Of a DNA stretch of 64,000 bases, positions 49,059-57,584 are shown piece after piece. How positions within the stretch are numbered: the first letter of the stretch is position 1; each line of letters starts with the position of its first letter. The DNA lies in NCBI GenBank assembly GCA_963718285.1, contig CAVQYU010000004.1:21988-85987 (forward strand), written 5' to 3'. Source of the DNA: an uncultured Chloroflexia bacterium. Lineage in GTDB: Bacteria > Chloroflexota > Limnocylindria > Limnocylindrales > CSP1-4. A program made the translations under genes and the position numbers. Under the pieces are notes generated by a model. The model was given only the letters and a program-made list of their open reading frames with translations, was not told where the DNA came from and did not search any database.

Positions 49059-49905
49059 ATGAGCCCAGTCGCGATCGTCACCGACTCCGCGAGCGACCTG
49101 CGCGCCGGCCGCGCCGCCGAGCTCGGGATCCTCGTCGTGCCCCTGCTCGTCTCGTTCGGCGACGAGGAGTTCCAGGCCGGGGTGGAGCTCAGCGCCGAGG
49201 ACTTCTGGGCCCGGATGACGGCGCCCGATGCGCCGTTCCCGAAGACCGCGGCGGCCAGCCCGGTCGCTTCCGAGACGCCTTCGAGAGCGCGTTCGCGGCC
49301 GGCGCGGAGTCGGTCGTATGCATCACCGTCGCCGCCAGCCTGTCGGGCACGTTCAAGTCGGCGACCCTCGGCCGGGAGATGCTGCCCGAGCGCGAGATCC
49401 ACGTGGTCGACTCCGACACGGCCGCCTTCGGCCAGGCGCTCCTGGCGATCCTCGCCCGGGACCTGGCGGCGGCCGGCCGTCGGGCGCCGAGATCGCCGCC
49501 GAGGTCACCGAGCGAGCGCCGGACGTCGAGGCGATCGTCTGCCTCGACACGCTCGAGTACCTCCGCCGGGGCGGCCGGATCAGCGGCGCGCAGGCCGTCA
49601 TCGGCACGCTCCTGAGCGTCAAGCCGATCATCGCGATCCACAACGGCAAGGTCGACAAGGTGGACCAGGTCCGGACCCGGGGCAAGGCCCGCGAACGGGC
49701 GATCGAGTTCGTCACCTCGCGGCCCGATCGAGCGCCTGGCGGTCTTCCACAGCATCAGCCCCGACCTGGACGAGTTCCGCTCCGCGGTCATCGCCCGGGT
49801 CGGCACGGTCGCCCCGGCGCCGAGGTCGAGACGGCGATCATCGGCCCATCGATCGGACCCCACCTGGGGCCGGGCGCCCTCGGTGCGGCGATGCTCTACC
49901 GCGAA
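49059..49905 (+). pseudogene. DegV-family (fatty-acid-binding) protein, at least 3 frame changes; 3' end approximate
   Basis: ATG 49059 (GAGGGAG upstream): MSPVAIVTDSASDLRAGRAAELGILVVPLLVSFGDEEFQAGVELSAEDFWARM. Then FRDAFESAFAAGAESVVCITVAASLSGTFKSA...IHVVDSDTAAFGQALL (48350.. frame). Then VCLDTLEYLRRGGRISGAQAVIGTLLSVKPII...IIGPSIGPHLGPGALG (49228.. frame). Confidence 0.75.
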
Positions 49906-49949
49906 GGCCTGAGCGGCAGCCGGCCGCGCCGACGCGTCGCGCGCCCGCT

Positions 49950-49980
49950 GGTTGCGGTCAGGTTGCGGCGTGGTTGCCGG
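49950..49980 (+). promoter_or_regulatory. three phased 11-bp direct repeats GGTTGCGGtca / GGTTGCGGcgt / GGTTGCCGGcg, overlapping the -35 of the gdh-proximal promoter
   Basis: Copies start at 49950, 49961 and 49972, an exact 11-bp period. The third copy contains TTGCCG (49974-49979), 18 nt upstream of TATACT (49998-50003). Confidence 0.45.
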
Positions 49981-50003
49981 CGGTGGCCGACTCGGGCTAT
50001 ACT
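49974..50003 (+). promoter_or_regulatory. putative sigma-70-type promoter TTGCCG-N18-TATACT, ~115 nt upstream of gdh
   Basis: Read directly from the sequence. It lies in the degV-gdh intergenic region. Confidence 0.4.
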
Positions 50004-50120
50004 CGGGCCGAATCTGATGCGGCGAGCGACAGGCCCGTGCCTGACGTGGGGTTTCGGGGGCCGCCCGCGACCGTGGGGTCGTCCGGGAGACGGCTCGCAA
50101 CCTCGAGGAACAGGCACTCC

Positions 50121-51393
50121 ATGACGACCGAACGAGCCACCCGCGGCGACGATCAACCCGTGGGAAGTGGCCCAGCAGCAGTTCGACCTGGCCGCCGACC
50201 GGCTCAACCTCGACCCGGGCCTGCGCCGGGTCCTGCGCGAGCCCCGGCGCGAGCTGATCGTCCACTTCCCCGTGAAGATGGACGACGGCAGCGTGCAGGT
50301 CTTCACCGGCTATCGCGTCCAGCACAACCTCGGCCGCGGCCCGGCCAAGGGCGGCATCCGCTACCACCAGGGCGTGACCCTCGACGAGGTCAAGGCGCTG
50401 GCGATGTGGATGACCTGGAAGTGCGCGGTCGTCGGCATTCCCGTACGGCGGCGGCAAGGGCGGCGTGATCGTCGATCCCAAGCAGCTCTCGCAGCGCGAG
50501 CTGGAGGGCCTGACCCGGCGCTACGCGACCGAGATCAGCATCATCATCGGTCCCGAGCGGGACATCCCCGCGCCGGACGTCAACACGAACAGCCAGACCA
50601 TGGCCTGGATCATGGACACCTACTCGATGCACGTCGGCTACACCGTGCCCGGCGTCGTCACCGGCAAGCCGATCGCCCTGGGCGGCTCGGAGGGCCGCAA
50701 CGAGGCGACCGCCCGCGGGCACCGTCTACTGCATCGTCGAGGCGGCCGGCCACCTCGAGCCTCGACCTGGCCAAGGCGACGGTCGCCGTCCAGGGCTTCG
50801 GCAACGCCGGCTCGATCGCGGCCCGGCTCATCGGCGAGGAAGGCTCGACGGTCGTCGCCGTGAGCGACTCGACCGGCGGGATCCACAATCCCAAGGGCCT
50901 CGACATCGCCAGGGTCATCGCCTGGAAGGCCGAGCACGGCACGGTCCAGGGCTTCCCCGGCGCCACCGACATCACCAACGCCGAGCTCCTCGAGGTCGAC
51001 TGCGACATCCTGATCCCGGCCGCCCTCGAGAACCAGATCACCGAGCGCAATGCCGGCCAGATCAAGGCCAGGATCGTGGCCGAGGCGGCCAACGGGCCGA
51101 CGACCCCCGAAGCCGACGCGATCCTGTTCGCGAACGGCGTCTTCCAGATCCCGGACATCCTGTGCAACGCCGGCGGCGTGACCGTCAGCTACTTCGAGTG
51201 GGTCCAGGACCTGAACCGCGACTTCTGGGACGAGACCGAGGTCAACCACAAGCTCAAGGGGATCATGGTCAAGGCGTTCAGGGACTTCCTGGCGATGAGC
51301 CTCCGCGAGAACGTCAACATGCGCACGGCGGCCTACCTGCTGGCCGTCCAGCGGGTCGCCGACGCCACCGCGATGCGCGGCCTCTACCCGTAA
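50121..51393 (+). pseudogene. gdhA: NAD(P)-specific glutamate dehydrogenase (Glu/Leu/Phe/Val dehydrogenase family), 3 frame changes (~50150, ~50445, ~50735)
   Basis: ATG 50121 MTTERATRGD, then a shift to NPWEVAQQQFDLAADRL...[32 protein letters not shown] (ORF 50167..). Then [14 protein letters not shown]...[26 protein letters not shown]...[19 protein letters not shown] (ORF 50465..). It then returns to the 50167 frame: [11 protein letters not shown]...NGPTTPEAD...PDILCNAGGVTVSYFEWVQ. Confidence 0.85.
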
Positions 51394-51480
51394 GCCGTTC
51401 GTAGCCGGCCAGCGTCGCCAACCGGCACCGGAACCTCGTTGCCCGCCGCCGGGCGGCCCGGAACCGGTGCCGCCCGGTGC

Positions 51481-51486
51481 TACCAT
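51481..51486 (+). promoter_or_regulatory. putative -10 hexamer TACCAT, 7 nt upstream of ATG 51494
   Basis: ggtgcTACCATcggcgccATG. Confidence 0.4.
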
Positions 51487-51493
51487 CGGCGCC

Positions 51494-52100
51494 ATGCTCG
51501 ACCACGAAGAGAAGTTCCTGTTCAAGGAGGAGATCCTCCACCTGGCGAACTCCGTCGCGGAGCCGGGCATCCTCGACAACGTCGAGGACCTGCTGACCGA
51601 CGTGATCACCAGCCCGCGCTTCGACTCGGAGGTGTTCACCCTCGAGCGAAGCCTCCAGGTGATGCTCGGGCCGCGGGCCGGGACGACCCTGGTCGGCCTG
51701 CTCACCGTGGCCCCGGAGGTCTTCGAGGAGGTCGCCGACGTCCACATCCCGTCGGAGGTCCACGAGCGCCTCGTCGCCTGGCGAGCCCGCTTCGGCCTGG
51801 CCATCGACAACGCCCTGAACTTCCTGAACAACCCGGACGGGATCCAGGGCCACAACTTCGCCACCCAGATCGCCCACGTCGAGGATCGCCGCGTCCTCCA
51901 GGGCCGGCTGACGATGGTCCGCTACAACAACGAGCCCCAGTTCTTCGTGGCCGACGCGAGCGTCTTCATCGGCCTCATCGCCGACATCATGGAGCGCCTC
52001 GGGCCGTACCTCGAGGCTGACGCCGTCGACGCCGAGACGATCACCCGGCTCAAGGACGCGGTCGCAATGGTGGATCGCCGGACGACGACCCGCTGCCTAG
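51494..52100 (+). CDS. hypothetical acidic protein, ~200 aa, no family recognised (3' end needs one frame change)
   Basis: ORF 51467..52219 from the internal ATG 51494: MLDHEEKFLFKEEILHLANSVAEPGILDNVEDLLTDVITSPRFDSEVFTLERSLQV...NNPDGIQGHNFATQIAHVEDRRVLQGRLTMVRYNNEPQFFVADASVFIGLIADIMERLGPYLE... The composition is protein-like. TAG 52098-52100 is reachable after a shift, 10 nt before the next gene. Confidence 0.45.
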
Positions 52101-52110
52101 GCGTCCGGCG

Positions 52111-53208
52111 GTGCGCCAGGTCTACCTCGCCGCGACCGGCCAGAACCGGGGCAAGACCACCACCAGCATCGGCCTGCTCGACGGCTTCCTGCGGCGGGAC
52201 CTGGATACTCGGTTCATGAAGCCGGTCGGCCAGCGCACGATCCTCGAGGACGGGGTGCCGGCCGACGAGGACGCGGTGCTCCTCCGGAACGTCTTCGGCC
52301 TGACCGATCCGATGACCGTGATGAGCCCGGTCCACATCCCCCGCGGCTTTACCAAGTCGTACATCAACGGCGACATCGTCGAGGACCTCGGTGCCCGGAT
52401 CCGGGTCGCCCATCGCGGCGGTCAGCCGGGGCGGCGAGATCCTGCTGATCGAGGGCACCGGTCATGCCGGAGTCGGGGCCGTGATCGGCCTGTCCAACGC
52501 GACCGTGGCGGCGATGCTCGGCGCGCCCGCGATCATCGTGTCCGAGGGCGGCGTCGGCCGGCCGATCGACGAGATCGTCCTGAACGCCTCGCACTTCGCC
52601 AGCCACGGCGTGCGGGTGGCCGGCGCCATCGTGAACAAGGTGGACCTCGACGCCCAGCCCGGGATCGAATTGACCCTGGAGCGCGGGCTGGCCCTCCACG
52701 GCATCCCGCTCCTGGGTGTCCTGCCGTATCGGCCGATCCTGTCGAATCCCGACCCTGGCCATGATCCTGGAAGGGGTCCACGGCGAGACGGTCCACCCCG
52801 GGCCGGACCTCGACCGGGTGATCGGCGGAGTCGCGATCGGGGCGATGGAGCCGGCCCACATGCTCGAACGAGTCAGGGCCGACACCCTGGTGATCGTGCC
52901 CGGCGACCGCGAGGACGTGATCCTGACCCTGACCACGGCCCACCTGACCGGCACGCGGCGCCGCCCTGGGCCTGGTCCTGACCGGCGGCTACCGGCCGCG
53001 CCAGGCGATCCTCGATGCGATCCGCCGCGCCGACCTGTTCGCCACGATCGTGGCCGAGGACACCTACGTGGTCGCGTCCGAGGTCCACGACCTGCTGGTC
53101 AAGACCCACTCGGCCGACACGGGCAAGATCGAGATGATCAAGGCCCTCGTCTGGGAGCATCTCAAGATCGACCGCGTCCTCGAGGCCGCCCAGCCGCTCC
53201 CGGACTGA
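52111..53208 (+). pseudogene. stand-alone P-loop (BioD/CobQ-like) + DRTGG-domain protein, like the N-terminal regulatory half of long phosphotransacetylases; at least 3 frame changes
   Basis: - GTG 52111: RQVYLAATGQNRGKTTTSIGLLDGF...FMKPVGQR (ORF 52111..).
- ILLIEGTGHAGVGAVIGLSNATVAAMLGAPAIIVSEGGVGRPIDEIVLN...VAGAIVNKVD...LLGVLPYRPIL (ORF 52391..).
- PTLAMILEGVHGE...RADTLVIVPGDREDVILTL (ORF 52716..).
- LGLVLTGGYRP...LFATIVAEDTYVVASEVHDLLVKT...
- TGA at 53206-53208. Confidence 0.6.
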
Positions 53209-53476
53209 CCCCGTTCCGTCCGTTCCTACCGGACCGAGCCCTGCCCGCTGGCCTGGCGTGCGTCTGACGAGCGTAAGCGACCGATTTGCCGGCGGACTCG
53301 TCGGAATCGTGCGCGTCATGCACGCGATCGACCGAAGTTGGGTCGAAACAGCCCGATTCCGGGGTCGGGGGGAGCGCCGACGGTCGATTCCGGTCAGTTA
53401 TGCGCGTCACACGCAACCAGCACAGGGCGGCGGCACGTCGGACGTCCGGGGACCCGACGGGCCGCAAGCGCGATGC

Positions 53477-54322
53477 CTAGGCCGAGGGCTCCAGGAGCTC
53501 GTTGTCGATGAGGCGGGTCGAGCCGAAACGGACCGCGAGCGAAAGGAGGGCTGCCCCGTCAACCTGGTCGAGCTCGACCAGGGTCAGCGGATCGGCGACC
53601 GACACGTAGTCCGGGTTGGCCAGCGGCTCGCTCCTGAGGACGACCTCGAGCTGTGCCCGGAGGGCAGCGCCGGAGTGCTCGCCGGCCCGCCAGCGGTCGC
53701 CCGCCGCGAGCAGGGCGCGATGGAGAACCGCGGCCGCGACCCGCTCATCCGGGCCGAGATGGACGTTGCGCGATGACAGGGCCAGGCCGTCCGGCTCGCG
53801 CACCGTCGGGCAGGCGATCACGTCGGTCGGCAGGGCCAGGTCGCGGGCCATCCGTCGGATGACCATGACCTGCTGGGCGTCCTTCTGGCCGAAGTAGGCG
53901 TGCTCGGCCCCGACCAGCCCGAACAGGATCGCGACGACGGTCGCCACCCCGTCGAAGTGGCCCGGCCGGGCGCGGCCCTCGAGTGGCCGGGCGACCGCGC
54001 CGACCGAGACGGTCGTGTCGAAGCCCGGCACATACACCTCCGCGACCGGCGGCGCCCACACGAGGTCGACCCCTTCGTCGGCGCAGATCGCCAGGTCGCG
54101 CCCCTCGTTGCGGGGGTACTTCGTGAAGTCGTCCGGCAGGTTGAACTGGCGCGGGTTGACGAAGATCGTGGCCACGACCGTCGAGTTCTCGGCCCGGGCC
54201 CGCTGCATCAGCGAGCGATGGCCGGCATGGAGCCAGCCCATCGTCGGCACGAGGCCGACCGGCCGGGGTGCGCTGGCGAGGGCCGCTCGCAGCTCGGCCC
54301 GCGTGCGCAGGATCTGGGTCAA
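53477..54322 (-). CDS. panC: pantoate--beta-alanine ligase
   Basis: Intact 281-aa ORF: GLVPTMGWLHAGHRSLM...ATIFVNPRQF...YPRN...GHFDGVATVV..LF..V....AYFGQKDAQQ...LALSSRN. Confidence 0.95.
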   Translation of the reverse strand: MTQILRTRAELRAALASAPRPVGLVPTMGWLHAGHRSLMQRARAENSTVVATIFVNPRQFNLPDDFTKYPRNEGRDLAICADEGVDLVWAPPVAEVYVPGFDTTVSVGAVARPLEGRARPGHFDGVATVVAILFGLVGAEHAYFGQKDAQQVMVIRRMARDLALPTDVIACPTVREPDGLALSSRNVHLGPDERVAAAVLHRALLAAGDRWRAGEHSGAALRAQLEVVLRSEPLANPDYVSVADPLTLVELDQVDGAALLSLAVRFGSTRLIDNELLEPSA

Positions 54323-54330
54323 GGCGGCCG

Positions 54331-55266
54331 CTAGAGGTCGCGGTCGAGGGGAATGCCGCCGACCGGGATCGACCGGCTCGGCCGGTCGAGGGCCGAATGG
54401 CCAAGGATGTCGTCGATGACCTGGTCGTCCATCCGGACCGTTTCGGCCGCGCCGGGAAACGTGCCCGCCTCGACGTCGGCCCGGTACGTCCGAGCCGCGT
54501 CCAGGATCGTCTGGCGCAGGTTGGCGTAGGGCCGCGCGTGGCGCGGATGCCAGTCCTCGTAGCCGAGCAGGTCGGTCAGGACCTGGACCTGGCCGCTGCA
54601 GCCGGCGCCTGCCCCGATCCCGATCGTCGGGATCTGGAGCCGGTCGGTGATCGCTCCGGCAAGCTGCTCGGGGACCAGCTCGAGGACCACCGAGAACGCG
54701 CCCGCCTCCTGGACCGCCAGGGCGTCGGCCAGAAGCTCGCGGGCGGCCTCCCGAGTCTTGCCCAGGACCCGGACCTTGCCGATCTGGTTGATCGACTGGG
54801 GGGTCAGCCCGATGTGGCCCATGACCGGAATGCCGGCCTTGGTGATCGACTCGATCGTCCGGGCGCTCCGCCGGCCGCCCTCGACCTTGACCGCCTGGAC
54901 GCCGGCTTCGGCCAGGAACCGGCCGGCGTTGTGAACAGCCTGCTCGGGCGTCGCGTAGGACAGGAAGGGCATGTCGCCGATGACCAGGGCCGCCCGCGCG
55001 CCACGGGAGACCGCCTTGGCGTGGTGGAGCATGTCGTCCATCGAGACCGGGATCTCGTTCTCATAGCCGAGCACGGCCCGGCCGAGCGAATCGCCGACCA
55101 GCAGGAGGGGCAGGCCCGCCTCGTCCAGCAAGCGGGCGGTTGGGTAGTCGTAGGCCGTGATCATCGCGATCCGATGGCCATCGGCGTACAGCTTGGCGAT
55201 GTCGCTCACGGTCAGGCGCCGAACGGGGGCGGTCGCCTTGGGATCGGGGTTGGTGCTTGCGCTCAC
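54331..55266 (-). CDS. panB: 3-methyl-2-oxobutanoate hydroxymethyltransferase
   Basis: C-terminal 311 codons of ORF 54331..56673, starting at GTG 55266 (GTGA overlap with the coaBC stop): VSASTNPDPKATAPVRRLTVSDIAKLYADGHRIAMITAYDYPTARLLDEAG..LLLVGDSLG...KVEGG...GIPVMGHIGLTPQS. Confidence 0.9.
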   Translation of the reverse strand: MSASTNPDPKATAPVRRLTVSDIAKLYADGHRIAMITAYDYPTARLLDEAGLPLLLVGDSLGRAVLGYENEIPVSMDDMLHHAKAVSRGARAALVIGDMPFLSYATPEQAVHNAGRFLAEAGVQAVKVEGGRRSARTIESITKAGIPVMGHIGLTPQSINQIGKVRVLGKTREAARELLADALAVQEAGAFSVVLELVPEQLAGAITDRLQIPTIGIGAGAGCSGQVQVLTDLLGYEDWHPRHARPYANLRQTILDAARTYRADVEAGTFPGAAETVRMDDQVIDDILGHSALDRPSRSIPVGGIPLDRDL

Positions 55267-56673
55267 GATCGGGACTCCTGCGGGACTTCGCTCGGTCCAG
55301 TCTGCGCGGCGGCGTCGCGAGCGTCCAGCCGGGCCACCAGCCGGTCGAGCAATCGATCGGCGACTTCGCGCTTGGTGAGCAGCGGCCAGGCCTCGGCCGG
55401 CCCGTCGGCCGCCAGGAGCGTCACCCGGTTCGTCTCGGTCCCGAATCCCGAACCGGGTTCGGCCACGTCGTTGGCGACGAGCAGGTCCAGGCCCTTGCGC
55501 TGGAGCTTGTCGGCGGCCCGCGCCAACGAGCCCGTCTCGGCCGCGAAACCGACGATCACGGGCACGGGCCGAAGCCGTCGGCTGGCTGCCGACGGTGGCG
55601 GCCAGGAGGTCCGGCGTGGGCTCGAGCCTGAGGGTCAGCCCGTCGCCCCGACGGAGCTTCGTGGCCGAGGGTTGGGCCGGTCGGAAGTCGGCCACGGCGG
55701 CGGCCATGACCAGGGCATCAAAGGTCGCCTCGCCGGCCGGGCCCGGCCCGGCGAGGATGGCCAGGGCCCGCTCGAGCTCGGCCGTGCTCTCGACCCGGCT
55801 CAGCTCCGCCCCTGGCGGCAGGCCGACCTCGACGCTGGCGGCGATCAGGCTCACCCGAGCGCCCCGGTCGAGGGCGGCCTGGGCGATGGCCACGCCCATT
55901 CGGCCGGTCGAGCGATTGCCGATGAACCGGACCGGGTCGATCGCTTCGCGGGTACCGCCAGCGGTCACGATCAGATGGCGGCCGTCGAGGTCCAGGACGG
56001 CTCGCGTGGAGACGACCGGCGGGCGGCCTGCCTCGTCCGGTGCCCGAACCGGCCGAGCGCCGATCGCAGCCACCACGGCGTCCACGATCCGGTCCAGGTC
56101 GGCCAGCCGGCCGACTCCCTCTTGCCCCGACGCGAGCGGTCCGGTCTCGGGCTCGACGATCGTGTAGCCGAATGACTGGCCCAGCCGGGCCAGGTTGGCC
56201 TGGGTCGCGGGATGGGCGTACATCTCGCCGTCCATCGCCGGGGCGACCACGACCGGGGCGCTCGTGGCCAGGCAGGCCGCCGTGACCACGTCGCCAGCCA
56301 GGCCCGCGGCCATCGCCGCCAGCCAGTGCGCCGTGGCCGGCGCAACGACGATCGCGTCGGCGCTGTCGGCCGTGACGATGTGGCCGATCCGGCCGTCCGG
56401 AAGAAGGGCCATCAGGTCGCTCTCGACTGGCCGGCGGCTGAGCGCCTCGAGGGTCAGGGGGGCCACGAAGCGCGCGGCCGATGGGGTCAGCAGGGCCTGG
56501 ACCTCGGCGCCCTCGGCCTGCAGCCGGCGCATCAGCTCGACGGCCTTGTAGGCGGCGATCGAGCCGGTGATGCCAAGGGCCACGAAGCGGCCCTGCAATC
56601 GGCCGTGCAATCGGTCCTGCAATCGGTCCTGCGACCGGCCGGCCTGGCCTCCAGGCTGCCCCGGGTCGCTCAT
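55263..56673 (-). CDS. coaBC: bifunctional phosphopantothenoylcysteine decarboxylase / synthetase (one frame change at ~55570)
   Basis: N-terminus in ORF 54331..56673: ...FVALGITGSIAAYKAVELMRRLQAEGAEVQALLT...VVAPATAHWLA...LIVTAGGTREAIDPVRFIGNRSTGRMG.... C-terminus in ORF 55263..55565: PVIVGFAAETGSLARAADKLQRKGLDLLVANDV...TNRVTLL.... Confidence 0.9.
56592..56639. repeat. 4 tandem copies of a 12-bp unit (CCTGCAATCGGY-like) inside the 5' end of coaBC
   Basis: Read directly: cctgcaatcggc cgtgcaatcggt cctgcaatcggt cctgcgaccggc. On the minus strand it encodes the DRLQ/DRLH/GRLQ repeats of the N-terminal extension. Confidence 0.8.
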
Positions 56674-57482
56674 CCGAGGCCTGCCTCGATCGGTTCGCCG
56701 CCGGTCACCTCGGCGTGGAGGATGGCCAGGCCCTTGAGGGTCAGGTCGGGGTCGATGGCGCTGATCCCGTCGATCCCGGCCGCCCAGGCCGAGCGGGACA
56801 GTCCGCCGGTCAGGATCGCCTGGATCGAGCCCGGCTCGACCCCCGAAGCATCGGCCAGCTCCTGGCGGATTCGGGCGAGCAGGCCCCCGGCCAGCGCCTG
56901 GTAGCCCAGGATGCTGCCGGCCTGGATGGCGCCCACGGTGTCCCGGGCGATCGCCCGGTCGGGGGTGCGCAGCTCGATCCGGGGCAGCCGGGCCGTCCGG
57001 GCAGCCAGCGCGTCGAGGCCGATCTCCAGGCCCGGTGCGATCGCCCCACCCAGGAACGCCCCGTCCGCGGCGATGGCGTCGAATGTCGAGGCCGTGCCCA
57101 GGTCGATGACCACGGCCGGCGTGCCGTACAGGCGGGCGGCGGCCAGGGCATTGACCAGCCGGTCGGGCCCGACCTCGGCCGGCCGCTCGACCCGGATCGG
57201 CAGGGGCACATGGCCGGCGGTGGCCTGGACCAGGTCAACGTCCCGCCGGAGCGCAATCGACTCGAGGGCAGCCGTCAGGTTGGGCACGACCGAGGAGCAG
57301 CTGATCGCGGCGATCCCGCGCAGGTCGAGCGTGTCGAGGGCAAGCAGGCCTTCGATCAGCAGCTCGAGCTGGTCGGGCGTGGCCGCCCGGTCGGTCGCTG
57401 CCCGGCGGGTGGCGACGAGCAGACCGTTCTGGAACAGCCCCGTCGTCACGTTCGAGTTGCCGATATCGATCGCCAGCAGCAT
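56670..57482 (-). CDS. coaX: type III pantothenate kinase
   Basis: Intact 270-aa ORF: MLLAIDIGNSNVTTGLF...GPDRLVNALAA...VVIDLGTASTFD...GGAIAPG... A 4-nt overlap links it to coaBC. Confidence 0.9.
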   Translation of the reverse strand: MLLAIDIGNSNVTTGLFQNGLLVATRRAATDRAATPDQLELLIEGLLALDTLDLRGIAAISCSSVVPNLTAALESIALRRDVDLVQATAGHVPLPIRVERPAEVGPDRLVNALAAARLYGTPAVVIDLGTASTFDAIAADGAFLGGAIAPGLEIGLDALAARTARLPRIELRTPDRAIARDTVGAIQAGSILGYQALAGGLLARIRQELADASGVEPGSIQAILTGGLSRSAWAAGIDGISAIDPDLTLKGLAILHAEVTGGEPIEAGLG

Positions 57483-57488
57483 CGACCG

Positions 57489-57494
57489 ATGATA
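57489..57494 (-). promoter_or_regulatory. putative -10 hexamer TATCAT, 6 nt upstream of coaX ATG 57482
   Basis: The minus strand reads gcgTATCATcggtcgATG, with no SD. Confidence 0.4.
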
Positions 57495-57584
57495 CGCGGC
57501 GCCGAACCCGCACCGGCCCGTTCAGGCAGGAGTACGATTCCGGCCCGTCGATCGCCTTGAACCCCGGTCCCGCAGGAGCCCGCC

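Noticed and set aside
50017-50124. 35-codon upstream ORF (MRRATGPCLTWGFGGRPRPWGRPGDGSQPRGTGTP) whose TGA overlaps the gdh ATG (ATGA)
   Set aside because: The Arg/Gly/Pro-rich composition looks like a non-coding frame of GC-rich DNA, and it has no SD. The overlap may be coincidental. It is kept only as a possibility for a translated leader.
54331-56673. 780-aa ORF that looks like a CoaBC-PanB fusion protein
   Set aside because: The middle ~100 residues (ATVGSQPTASARARDRRFRGRDG...) are out-of-frame junk. The genuine CoaBC C-terminus is ORF 55263..55565, ending in a GTGA overlap with a normal PanB start at 55266. The fusion is produced by one indel at ~55570.
57483-57584. pan-type riboswitch-like RNA motif upstream of the pantothenate/CoA operon
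   Set aside because: coaX appears leaderless, with its -10 box 6 nt from the ATG, so there is no 5' UTR to host a riboswitch. I could not recognise the motif by eye.
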